Source: Pseudosphingobacterium sp. (GTDB lineage Bacteria; Bacteroidota; Bacteroidia; Sphingobacteriales; Sphingobacteriaceae). Taken from it: a stretch of 64,000 bases of DNA. Position 1 is the stretch's first letter, and every line of letters starts with the position of its first letter. A program made the position numbers and the translations under genes. Under the pieces are notes generated by a model. The model had not been told where the DNA came from. It saw only the letters and a program-made list of their open reading frames with translations, and did not search any database. This document shows positions 8,086-16,844 of this stretch, one piece after another. The stretch covers positions 2,325-66,324 of the forward strand of contig DATMSZ010000085.1 of assembly GCA_035565175.1 (NCBI GenBank). Reading direction: 5' to 3'.

Positions 8086-11000
8086 ATGTACAAAAAATAT
8101 ACTGCTAAGAAAGGTGGTACGGGTTTCCCTTGCCTTTTAAAACCTATACGGGTTATGAAATATGCTGTTTTCCTTACAATAATCTTTTACTTTCAAGCGG
8201 AGGCGGCTGTTCGCGCACAAAATGCTAGTTTGTCGGTAGAAAACCTCTCCTTGAAAAGTGTCTTTAGAATGCTGAAAAAGCAAACAGGCTATGATTTTCT
8301 GTATGCAACAGACGATCTATTAGACGCCCGACCAGTAACTATCCATGTGCACAATCAACCTTTAAAACAAATACTAGACAAATGTTTGGAGGGGCAACCA
8401 CTGATGTATAGAATCGATAAGGCCACCGTTCTTGTTGAAAGAAAAAAAATAACCCTGCAGCAGGACAGAGAGGTGCAGGACATAACTGTTAGGGGTAACG
8501 TGATCGATAAAAATGGTGAAGCGGTGCCGGGAGCATCTGTTTACGTGAAAGACCAGCAGACCAGCGGCACGAAGACGAACGCCGCAGGAGATTTCTCTTT
8601 ACGGGTTACTAAAAATGCAGTTTTAGTGATCAGCTCGATTGGCTTTATCAAAAAGGAAATCGTGGTAGGTGGTATAGATAATCAAAAGAAAATGACCATT
8701 CAGCTGGTGGATGAAGAGGCCTTGCTGGATGAAGTGGTGGTGGTGGGATATGGCACTGTAGCAAAAAAGGATTTGACAGGTGCAGTCTCTACTGTGCAGG
8801 GCGATTTAATCACTGCCCGCAAAACAACGCAAATATCACAGGCATTGCAAGGAGCAGTACCTGGTTTGATGGTGACGCGCAATAATAATGCGCCAGGCTC
8901 ATCGGCTACCATACGAGTACGTGGTATTACGACGATTACAGATGGAGGGTTGAATCCGCTGTATATTTTAGATGGCGTACCTATTGATGATATTAATACC
9001 GTAAATCCAAATGATATCGAGAACATTTCGGTGCTGAAAGATGCCGCCTCTGCCTCTATATACGGGTCTCGCGCAGCCTCCGGAGTTATTGTAATCACAA
9101 CGAAAAGGGCTAAAGAAGGACAGATTGGCCTCGACTATTCGGTAGAATATGGTTGGGAAAAAGCTACACAATATCCGGAGTATGTGGATGCCGTTCGCTA
9201 TATGCAACTAACAAATGAGTTGCGGTGGAATGATAACAGTAATAACGATAATGAATACCCCATTTATACCAAAGATTTGGTCGACAACTACCTTCAGTTA
9301 CATCAGGAAAATGCGGATGCGTACCCCATTACCGATTGGCGTGGGTTGATGTTACACGATTATGCACCGAGACAAAGCCATGTGATCGGTATTTATGGCG
9401 CTAATAAATTTGTGAAGACGCGTGCATCCATTGTATATGATAAGAATAACGCGTTTTATGATGAAAGAAGCTACGATCGGATTACTTCGCGAATAAATAA
9501 TGATTTCACAATTGGAAAATACTTAAACGCGAGCGTTGATCTGAGTTACAGACGTACGATTACCAAGAATGCAGTTTTTGATGGTGGCCCGATAACCGAG
9601 AACAACCGCGCAACTACGCCCATGTACAAAATGGGCATTATGCCACCTATTTACGCAGCGTTATGGTCTGACGGCCGGATAGGGGCTGGAAAGGATGGGG
9701 CCAATATTTATGCCTTGATGAAAGAAGGGGGCTTTGAACATTATTGGTATAATCAAGTGGGTGGGAAAGTCAGTTTAGACTTTACACCGCTCGAAGGCTT
9801 GAAGTTATCTGGCGTGTTTTCTCCTTTCCTGAATTTCGACAAGGGAAAAGTATTTAACCGAAAAGTCCCTTATACCACGTTTAATGAGCCCGAATCTATT
9901 GCGGGCTATATTGAACAGGCTACAGAAACCAAACTGCAAGAGAGTAGAAATGATAATCATCGCTATACCGTGCAGTTTTTAGCCAACTATAATAAACAGT
10001 TTGGCGATCATAGCCTGAATGTACTTGCCGGCTATGAGTATTTTTACGCCTTTAATGAGGGATTGGGAGCGTCGAGAGGGCAGTATCTGTTAACAAATTA
10101 TCCTTATCTGGATATTGGCCCGCTGGATTATCGTAATAACAGCGGTGACGCTTATGAGAATGCCTACCGTTCGTGGTTTGGCCGCATTATGTATAATTAC
10201 CAGGATAAATACCTCTTGCAAGCAAATATCCGTTATGATGGTTCTTCCCGTTTTGCTCCTGCGCATCGCTGGGGAGCTTTTCCTTCCGTGTCGGCAGGAT
10301 GGGTATTGTCTAACGAAGGTTTTTTAAAGGATCAATGGGAGCCGCTATCCTTTCTGAAGTTAAGAGCGTCTTACGGTACGTTGGGTAATGAACGTATCGG
10401 AAACTATCCTTATCAAGCGATTCTGTCTTTTGAGAATAAGTCGCTTTTTTACCAGGGTAACACCATTGTCGCTGGTCAGTCGGCCGCGCAATGGCAGTAT
10501 GCCATTCGGGATATTTCTTGGGAAACAACTTCTTCTTTCGATATAGGGCTCGACGTCAATTTCTTTGATAATCGGTTGACTTTTGTGGGCGACTACTACA
10601 AGAAAACTACCAAGGATATGTTGCTTAAGCTGGAAATTCCAGACTATGTAGGGTTCGATAATCCTGATCAGAATACGGGAAAGATGTTCACCAAAGGTTG
10701 GGAAGCACAGATAGGTTGGAGCGATCGTATAGGGGAAGTTCGTTACGGTGCTTCTTTTAATGTTTCCGATTTTATCTCCAGAATGGGCGATCTGGGTGGA
10801 ACGGAGTTCATAGAAGATCAGATAAAAATAGAAGGGAGTGAATTTAATGAGTGGTATGGCTACCTGTCGGACGGACTGTACCAAACGCAAGCGGAGGTGG
10901 ACAATTCGGCGAAGCTGAATGTGAATGTTCGCCCGGGCGATGTTCGCTACAAAGATATCAGTGGGCCGGATGGTGTTCCCGATGGTAAGATTTCACAGGA

Positions 11001-11517
11001 ATACGACCGGGTTTTATTAGGCGGCTCGTTGCCTCGTTACATCTTCGGTGGTAATTTTAATGTAGGTTATAAAAGTTGGGATTTGTCGTTCGTCATTCAA
11101 GGTGTGGGAAAGCAGAATAGTCGATTGAGTGAGGATATTGTACGACCACTACGCGAGAATTATGGGAACTTCCCTGCCATTCTGGATGGGAATACCTGGA
11201 GCAACTACCAAAGCCCGGAGCAGAATTTGAATGCCAAATATCCTCGTTATTCTAATACCTCTGCTGTTAACAACTATGCACTGTCTGATTATTGGTTGAT
11301 TAACGGCGGATACTTTCGTTTAAAAAATGTAACAGTTGGTTATTCTTTTCCTCAGCGTTGGATGGATAAAGTGCATTTAAAAGGACTTCGCCTCTATGGT
11401 ACGGTGAACGACTTATTCTCAATCCATAACTTCCCCAAAGGGTGGGACCCTGAAATGAATACTTTGGGCTATCCCATTACCAAAACTTTTTTAATCGGTG
11501 CTTCAGTGAAATTTTAA
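8086..11517 (+). CDS. SusC/RagA-type TonB-dependent outer-membrane transporter with an N-terminal STN signalling domain (PUL-A)
   Basis: STN-like segment (LKSVFRMLKKQTGYDFLY...). Carboxypeptidase-regulatory-like domain (VRGNVIDKNGEAVPGASVYV). Plug signature (EVVVVGYGTVAKKDLTGAV). Terminal F. The true start could be the ATG at 8155 (MKYAVFL...). Confidence 0.9.
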   Translation: MYKKYTAKKGGTGFPCLLKPIRVMKYAVFLTIIFYFQAEAAVRAQNASLSVENLSLKSVFRMLKKQTGYDFLYATDDLLDARPVTIHVHNQPLKQILDKCLEGQPLMYRIDKATVLVERKKITLQQDREVQDITVRGNVIDKNGEAVPGASVYVKDQQTSGTKTNAAGDFSLRVTKNAVLVISSIGFIKKEIVVGGIDNQKKMTIQLVDEEALLDEVVVVGYGTVAKKDLTGAVSTVQGDLITARKTTQISQALQGAVPGLMVTRNNNAPGSSATIRVRGITTITDGGLNPLYILDGVPIDDINTVNPNDIENISVLKDAASASIYGSRAASGVIVITTKRAKEGQIGLDYSVEYGWEKATQYPEYVDAVRYMQLTNELRWNDNSNNDNEYPIYTKDLVDNYLQLHQENADAYPITDWRGLMLHDYAPRQSHVIGIYGANKFVKTRASIVYDKNNAFYDERSYDRITSRINNDFTIGKYLNASVDLSYRRTITKNAVFDGGPITENNRATTPMYKMGIMPPIYAALWSDGRIGAGKDGANIYALMKEGGFEHYWYNQVGGKVSLDFTPLEGLKLSGVFSPFLNFDKGKVFNRKVPYTTFNEPESIAGYIEQATETKLQESRNDNHRYTVQFLANYNKQFGDHSLNVLAGYEYFYAFNEGLGASRGQYLLTNYPYLDIGPLDYRNNSGDAYENAYRSWFGRIMYNYQDKYLLQANIRYDGSSRFAPAHRWGAFPSVSAGWVLSNEGFLKDQWEPLSFLKLRASYGTLGNERIGNYPYQAILSFENKSLFYQGNTIVAGQSAAQWQYAIRDISWETTSSFDIGLDVNFFDNRLTFVGDYYKKTTKDMLLKLEIPDYVGFDNPDQNTGKMFTKGWEAQIGWSDRIGEVRYGASFNVSDFISRMGDLGGTEFIEDQIKIEGSEFNEWYGYLSDGLYQTQAEVDNSAKLNVNVRPGDVRYKDISGPDGVPDGKISQEYDRVLLGGSLPRYIFGGNFNVGYKSWDLSFVIQGVGKQNSRLSEDIVRPLRENYGNFPAILDGNTWSNYQSPEQNLNAKYPRYSNTSAVNNYALSDYWLINGGYFRLKNVTVGYSFPQRWMDKVHLKGLRLYGTVNDLFSIHNFPKGWDPEMNTLGYPITKTFLIGASVKF

Positions 11518-11527
11518 TAAAACGGAT

Positions 11528-13225
11528 ATGAAATTTTCAGTAAAAATATACATAAGTGTTGGAATAGCTCTTCTCTTCATGGGCTCCTGCGGAAAGCTTG
11601 ATTTAAATCCTTTATCACAGGGATCAAGCGAAACTTGGAATTCCACGCCGGAAGAAATAGAGATGTCTTTAAATGGCTTGTACAAAGTCGACTTTTGGAT
11701 GACGGATCAGGATGATTGGACCGATGATTGGATTTACCGGGATGTGCTATCGGAAGTGGCCAATGCAACCCTCAATGGACAAACCAAAGTAGTAGGTGAT
11801 TGGTGGAAGAATACTTATAAATGTATTGCGCGAGCCAACAGTGTTATAGCGAGCGTAGATCGTGCGGCAAATTTATTATCGCAGGAACAGCGCGATCGGT
11901 ATGTTGCTGAAGCACGTTTTGTGCGTGCGTCCCAGTATGCGCGTCTTCTCTCGCATTATCGCAACATTGTATATACCGAAACCATGTTGGATATTGAGGA
12001 AGCTTTAGCCGCCGACCAAGCGGATCCAGCAATGGTGCTGCAGAAGATCTATGAAGATTATGACTTCGCAGCGAATAACTTGAAGATTAGTTATAGCACT
12101 TCAGAAGTTAAACGGGCCACGGCTGGTGCCGCTTTAGCAATGAAAGCGCGTATTGCACTCCATATGGGGGATTGGGAAACGGCCAAGAATGCAGCAAAGG
12201 CGTGCATGGACTTGGATGTTTATCAATTACATGCAGATTTTGGTAGTCTTTTCTTGTCAAAAACCAAGAACTCCACCGAAATGGTATTCGGATTTCCGCG
12301 TTCCATTGCGCTCAATATTGCGAAGGGCGATTGCCAGAATTACGTGCCTAGGAATGCAGGTGGCTGGGGTGCAAAAGCGCCGTCATGGGATCTTTTTTGT
12401 GCTTTTTTATGCACAGATGGTTTACCGATCGACGAATCGCCCTTGTTTAACCCGCAGGTACCATTCGTAAATCGTGATCCACGTTGTGCTAAAACCATCG
12501 TTGAGTTTCAAACACCGCACTTAGGATACATCTATCAACCACATCCTGATTCTTTAAAGGTGAAGAGTTTAGCAAGCAATGCGCTGGTTGAAAACAGGGA
12601 TACACGCGCGGTAGCACAATATGCATCCTTTAATGGGTTGCTTTGGAAAAAGGGAATTGACGAAGATTGGTTGAAAAATTCCTGGCAAGTGGAACCTGAT
12701 CAAATCATCATTCGGTACGCCGATGTATTGCTCATGTATGCGGAGGCGAAAATTGAATTGGGTGAGTTGGATGAATCGGTAGCGGAGGCAATCAATCAAG
12801 TGCGGGCAAGGGCTTACGGAGTGGAAGCGGGAAACACGCAAGCCTATCCAGCGGTGCGGTTGGAAACACAAGAAGCGATGCGAAAATTAGTACGTACTGA
12901 GCGTAGAATGGAGTTTGCGTTGGAAGGTATTCGCTATATGGATATTATCCGTTGGAAATTAGCAGAAAAGGTACTGAATAAGGTGAATTATGGCATGTTG
13001 GATGTGGATGATCTACGAGCAAAAGTAGTGAAACCGGGATTATGGTTTTTCCCTCAGGTTCCTGTTATTGATGAAGATGGGGCGGCCGATTTTTCTGCGA
13101 TGTATAACGCCGGCCTAGTCAAACAAATTGCCGTTCGTAAATTCGATCCATCAAGGCAATATCTGTGGCCCATACCTACCAATGAAGTATTAACCAGTGG
13201 TTTGAAACAAAACCCCAATTATTAA
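11528..13225 (+). CDS. SusD/RagB-family glycan-binding lipoprotein (PUL-A)
   Basis: Lipobox (LLFMGSC). It lies 10 bp after susC. C-terminal RagB/SusD motifs are present (ERRMEFALEGIRYMDIIRW, QYLWPIP). Confidence 0.9.
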   Translation: MKFSVKIYISVGIALLFMGSCGKLDLNPLSQGSSETWNSTPEEIEMSLNGLYKVDFWMTDQDDWTDDWIYRDVLSEVANATLNGQTKVVGDWWKNTYKCIARANSVIASVDRAANLLSQEQRDRYVAEARFVRASQYARLLSHYRNIVYTETMLDIEEALAADQADPAMVLQKIYEDYDFAANNLKISYSTSEVKRATAGAALAMKARIALHMGDWETAKNAAKACMDLDVYQLHADFGSLFLSKTKNSTEMVFGFPRSIALNIAKGDCQNYVPRNAGGWGAKAPSWDLFCAFLCTDGLPIDESPLFNPQVPFVNRDPRCAKTIVEFQTPHLGYIYQPHPDSLKVKSLASNALVENRDTRAVAQYASFNGLLWKKGIDEDWLKNSWQVEPDQIIIRYADVLLMYAEAKIELGELDESVAEAINQVRARAYGVEAGNTQAYPAVRLETQEAMRKLVRTERRMEFALEGIRYMDIIRWKLAEKVLNKVNYGMLDVDDLRAKVVKPGLWFFPQVPVIDEDGAADFSAMYNAGLVKQIAVRKFDPSRQYLWPIPTNEVLTSGLKQNPNY

Positions 13226-13240
13226 TCGATATTCTTAATT

Positions 13241-15712
13241 ATGGACATGCTACGAAAGAAAAAAATAGGATGGTTGTTTCTTTATTCCCTAATAAGTGCT
13301 TGCGCAGTACAGGAGCAGAAAGAACCGATACAAATGAGTGGTGTTTATCCTCATCTGGCCATGTACAATGAGGAGGGGGAATGTGGCACAGGAGCCGTAG
13401 TGCCTTGGCAAGACCGATTATGGGTAATAACCTATGGACCGCACTTACCCTTTGGTTCCTCTGATAAGTTATACCAAATTAATGATGGGTTGGAAAGAAC
13501 GATTCATCCCGAAAGCATTGGTGGAACACCTGCCAATCGATTGATTCACAGGGAGAGTCAACAGTTGTTTGTTGGGCCTTATGCCATTGATTCAATGCGT
13601 CATGTTCGGGTGATACCTTATCAAAATATGCCGGGACGCTTAACAGGCAATGCACGGCATCTGACCGATCCTGCCCATAAGATATACTACGGGACAATGG
13701 AGGAAGGTTTCTATGAAGTGGATGTAAAAACGCTAAAGCCATACTGGCTCTTTGCTGACGAAAACCTTAAATCTGCACAGCGAAATAAGGTGCCTACGGC
13801 TAATTTAATTGGTTGGCATGGCAAAGGCCTTTATTCCGGTCAGGGGGTATTGGTATACAGTAATAATGGTGAAAGAGGTGACAGTGCTTTGCATCATTTC
13901 GATGCGCCCTCAGGTGGTCTACACGAATGGGATGGTAAACATTGGAAGATGATCCGTAGAAATCAATTTACGGAAATAACCGGTCCGGGCGGGATTTATG
14001 GGAATTCACATCCGGAGACAGATGCGATTTGGACCATTGGCTGGGATCATAAATCCGTGTTGCTAGGTGTTCGCGGCGAAGGGAAATGGGCTTTTTACCG
14101 TTTGCCAAAGGCTAGCCACAGCTATGATGGTGCACATGGGTGGAATACCGAATGGCCGAGAATTCGAGATATCGGAACTGAGGGGAAACCAGATTACCTG
14201 ATGACGATGCATGGACTGTTTTGGCGTTTTCCGGGCGATTTAACACGTACTCATGCCCTTGGAATTCGTCCGCGATCAGCATATCTCAAGGTGATTGGTG
14301 ATTTCGCACGGTGGCACAATCGGCTTGTTTTTGGCTGTGACGATTCGGCCGAACGCGAATTTCTGAATAAGCGAAAAGCAAAGGGCAACATTGAGGGGCC
14401 GGGACAATCAAATTCCAATTTATGGTTTACTTCTTTGGAGCAGCCGGATGAGCTAGGGCCCGCAACGGCCGATGGTGCAGTTTGGCAAGAGGAAAAAATA
14501 GCGGCCGGACAGCTTTCTGACCCCTTTTTATTTGCGGGTTGGCCTATTCGTTCTTGCTGGTTATCAAATGAAGGAACGACCAGTACTACCTTTGTGCTTG
14601 AAGTAGATCTATCGGGAGATGGGCAATGGAAAAACCTCAAAGAGATAAAGGTATTACCTGGAGAAGCTATAAACTTGTCATTGAAAAGGGAAGAGAAAGG
14701 GGAATGGATTCGCGTTAGAACAGTTGAAGCAACAACCGCCAGTGTTCATTTTACCTATGCCCAAGAAGAGAAACGGGGCGGTAATGCGGATAATATCTTT
14801 CGGGGCCTGGCCGAAGCATCAACTTTCGAAGGTGGCCTGCTTTATGGCTTGGGAGACAATAGGAAAGCGTTGGGTTTAGTGGCGCGACGTTATGATGAAG
14901 GTGTTCTCAAAACAACACCAGGCTATTATGAGTTGAATGAGAAAATGGAGCTGTTGCCTAAAAGTGGAGATACCACGGCCCAATTTATGGAGAAGCGTTT
15001 CGCTATTCCAAAAGACGTGGTGAGCTTGGAAGCTTCCTCCGTATTGGTGATAGATGATAAGGGGCGTAGATGGCGGCTTCCTCTAGGGGATAGTGCGTTT
15101 ACCGAACTAACAAATAAATCGGCATTGCGCATCTGTCGGGAAGTGGCTACAGAACGTGATCTATTGAATTGCCATGGTACTTTTTACGAATTGCCTGCAG
15201 AAAATGCAGATGGCTTTGCTAAAATGAGACCTATTGCGTCGCACCCTTTTAAGATTAACGATTATGCATCCTATCGCGGTATGTTGATCATGACGGGCAT
15301 TGATCCAGCGAAATTGAAAACGAATCAAAATGAACATATTATTGTTTCGGAAGACAGAAAAGCCGCTGTTTGGGCGGGCGTTATTGATGATTTGTGGAAA
15401 CTGGGCAGGCCGAGAGGAGAGGGCGGGCCCTGGAAGGGCAGTCAGGTAAGTAAAGGCATTGCTTCGGATCCTTACCTGATAGGTTTCTATGATAAAAGGA
15501 CATTGAAGTTATCGCATCAAGCCGAGGGTGAGGTAACCTTTACGATTGAGGTTGATCCGGGTGGCGATGGAAATTGGATGACTTATAAATCGGTTAAGGT
15601 TCGAAAGGAAGAAATCTTTAAATTTGAATTCCCATCGGCTTTTCAAGCACGGTGGATCCGTTTTAAAACAGATACCGATTGTGAAGCTACTGCTTGGTTA
15701 TCGTATACCTAA
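13241..15712 (+). CDS. Large lipoprotein of unknown family with two repeated C-terminal beta-sandwich-like modules
   Basis: Lipobox (LISAC). The ORF is 823 aa, lies 15 bp after susD, and contains no motif I can assign. An internal repeat links aa ~410-506 and ~727-823. Confidence 0.8.
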   Translation: MDMLRKKKIGWLFLYSLISACAVQEQKEPIQMSGVYPHLAMYNEEGECGTGAVVPWQDRLWVITYGPHLPFGSSDKLYQINDGLERTIHPESIGGTPANRLIHRESQQLFVGPYAIDSMRHVRVIPYQNMPGRLTGNARHLTDPAHKIYYGTMEEGFYEVDVKTLKPYWLFADENLKSAQRNKVPTANLIGWHGKGLYSGQGVLVYSNNGERGDSALHHFDAPSGGLHEWDGKHWKMIRRNQFTEITGPGGIYGNSHPETDAIWTIGWDHKSVLLGVRGEGKWAFYRLPKASHSYDGAHGWNTEWPRIRDIGTEGKPDYLMTMHGLFWRFPGDLTRTHALGIRPRSAYLKVIGDFARWHNRLVFGCDDSAEREFLNKRKAKGNIEGPGQSNSNLWFTSLEQPDELGPATADGAVWQEEKIAAGQLSDPFLFAGWPIRSCWLSNEGTTSTTFVLEVDLSGDGQWKNLKEIKVLPGEAINLSLKREEKGEWIRVRTVEATTASVHFTYAQEEKRGGNADNIFRGLAEASTFEGGLLYGLGDNRKALGLVARRYDEGVLKTTPGYYELNEKMELLPKSGDTTAQFMEKRFAIPKDVVSLEASSVLVIDDKGRRWRLPLGDSAFTELTNKSALRICREVATERDLLNCHGTFYELPAENADGFAKMRPIASHPFKINDYASYRGMLIMTGIDPAKLKTNQNEHIIVSEDRKAAVWAGVIDDLWKLGRPRGEGGPWKGSQVSKGIASDPYLIGFYDKRTLKLSHQAEGEVTFTIEVDPGGDGNWMTYKSVKVRKEEIFKFEFPSAFQARWIRFKTDTDCEATAWLSYT

Positions 15713-15744
15713 TTTATGTATGAAAAGTACTTGATCCAGATTTT

Positions 15745-16836
15745 ATGAAGAAGAAGTTCCGTCAGGTTGCCAGCTTATTTATAGCCTGTTTTTGGCTTGC
15801 TTCTGTGGCAGCACAGGGGAAAGGGGAGACGTATACGGTATCAGAGAGTGGGGAAGCCTATGAACTGGTGCTGGCATATGATCGGCAGCAAGAGCCAGCT
15901 TATTTTGTTCGGAATATTTTTACACCGGTTTGCCTAGACAGTGTCTGCAAACCGGTACGTATCAAATTGTTCTGGGATTTATTGGGAAATTACCTGAAAT
16001 ATGAAGTGCCAGCGGACGAGCCGCTAACCAAATTGGACCATAAGGAGTTTACACCTGAAGATCATGCAAAGCTCCAAGGGATCCTTTCCAATGAAAATTC
16101 CTTATTAAAGGATTTCAGATTGGAAGACCTGGTCGATTCCACCAGCCAGCACTTATCGGACTCGGTGGATGCCGTTACCGGAGCAACAAAGAATACGATT
16201 AAAAATGAGGTGATTGAAGGGGCTTTATATACCTGTTATACCTTATGGCATCTGGCGCATGGGCCAGTGGTAAATGAAATACAAGAAATCTTTAAGACCA
16301 AGTTGGATACCCACATGCTTCATCGCTTTTTGCGGAGTATGAACTTCCACTATGTCTATTTTGCATTAGAGGAAGTCATGAATGCGGAAGGGGTAATCCA
16401 AGATGGCTTTCTACCTGACGTACTAGCTGTTTTGGCAAGTGATAATGTGTTTGCAGCTCGTCATGTTTGGCAACGGATCAATTTACAATATTTTGCGAAG
16501 CGCGAAGAGCAGGAAACCCTTTGGCGTATTTTTGTGCATTCACCCTATACGCTGCAAGTTGCCTTTTTAAAACGAATGAAACAGTTGGATTTGGATCCCG
16601 GGCTCGTTCCACGCATAACAGATTATCTGCCAAAACTAAACAACGCATTATTCAAGCAAACACTAGGTGTACTGGCGACGCAAGACGTGCTTCCTCGGAC
16701 CTCGCAGGAAAAGTTGCTTGCTTACCTGACTTCAGCAGATAAGGAAAAGTCCGAGGCAGTATATGACGCGATGAAAGGACACTCCAAATTAAGTGAAGCT
16801 TTTCATAAACAGTTAAGAATTTATAGTAAACCTTAA
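15745..16836 (+). CDS. Secreted protein with an FMN_bind-like segment (DAVTGAT flavinylation-type motif) and a helical-repeat C-terminus
   Basis: Sec signal peptide (…LASVAAQG). The motif D142-A-V-T-G-A-T148 is encoded at nt 16168-16188. An HKEFTPED stretch upstream resembles the ETPG region of FMN_bind domains. The C-terminal ~190 aa look alpha-helical and HEAT-like. Confidence 0.5.
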   Translation: MKKKFRQVASLFIACFWLASVAAQGKGETYTVSESGEAYELVLAYDRQQEPAYFVRNIFTPVCLDSVCKPVRIKLFWDLLGNYLKYEVPADEPLTKLDHKEFTPEDHAKLQGILSNENSLLKDFRLEDLVDSTSQHLSDSVDAVTGATKNTIKNEVIEGALYTCYTLWHLAHGPVVNEIQEIFKTKLDTHMLHRFLRSMNFHYVYFALEEVMNAEGVIQDGFLPDVLAVLASDNVFAARHVWQRINLQYFAKREEQETLWRIFVHSPYTLQVAFLKRMKQLDLDPGLVPRITDYLPKLNNALFKQTLGVLATQDVLPRTSQEKLLAYLTSADKEKSEAVYDAMKGHSKLSEAFHKQLRIYSKP

Positions 16837-16844
16837 AATAAATT

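Noticed and set aside
8700-10890. Antisense ORFs inside susC of PUL-A (132, 79, 72 and 176 aa)
   Set aside because: They lie entirely within a well-supported SusC coding region on the opposite strand, and their composition is typical of shadow frames. The same applies to the antisense ORFs inside the other large genes, for example 14251-14640, 17117-17494, 25275-25670, 32891-33220 and 52165-52554.
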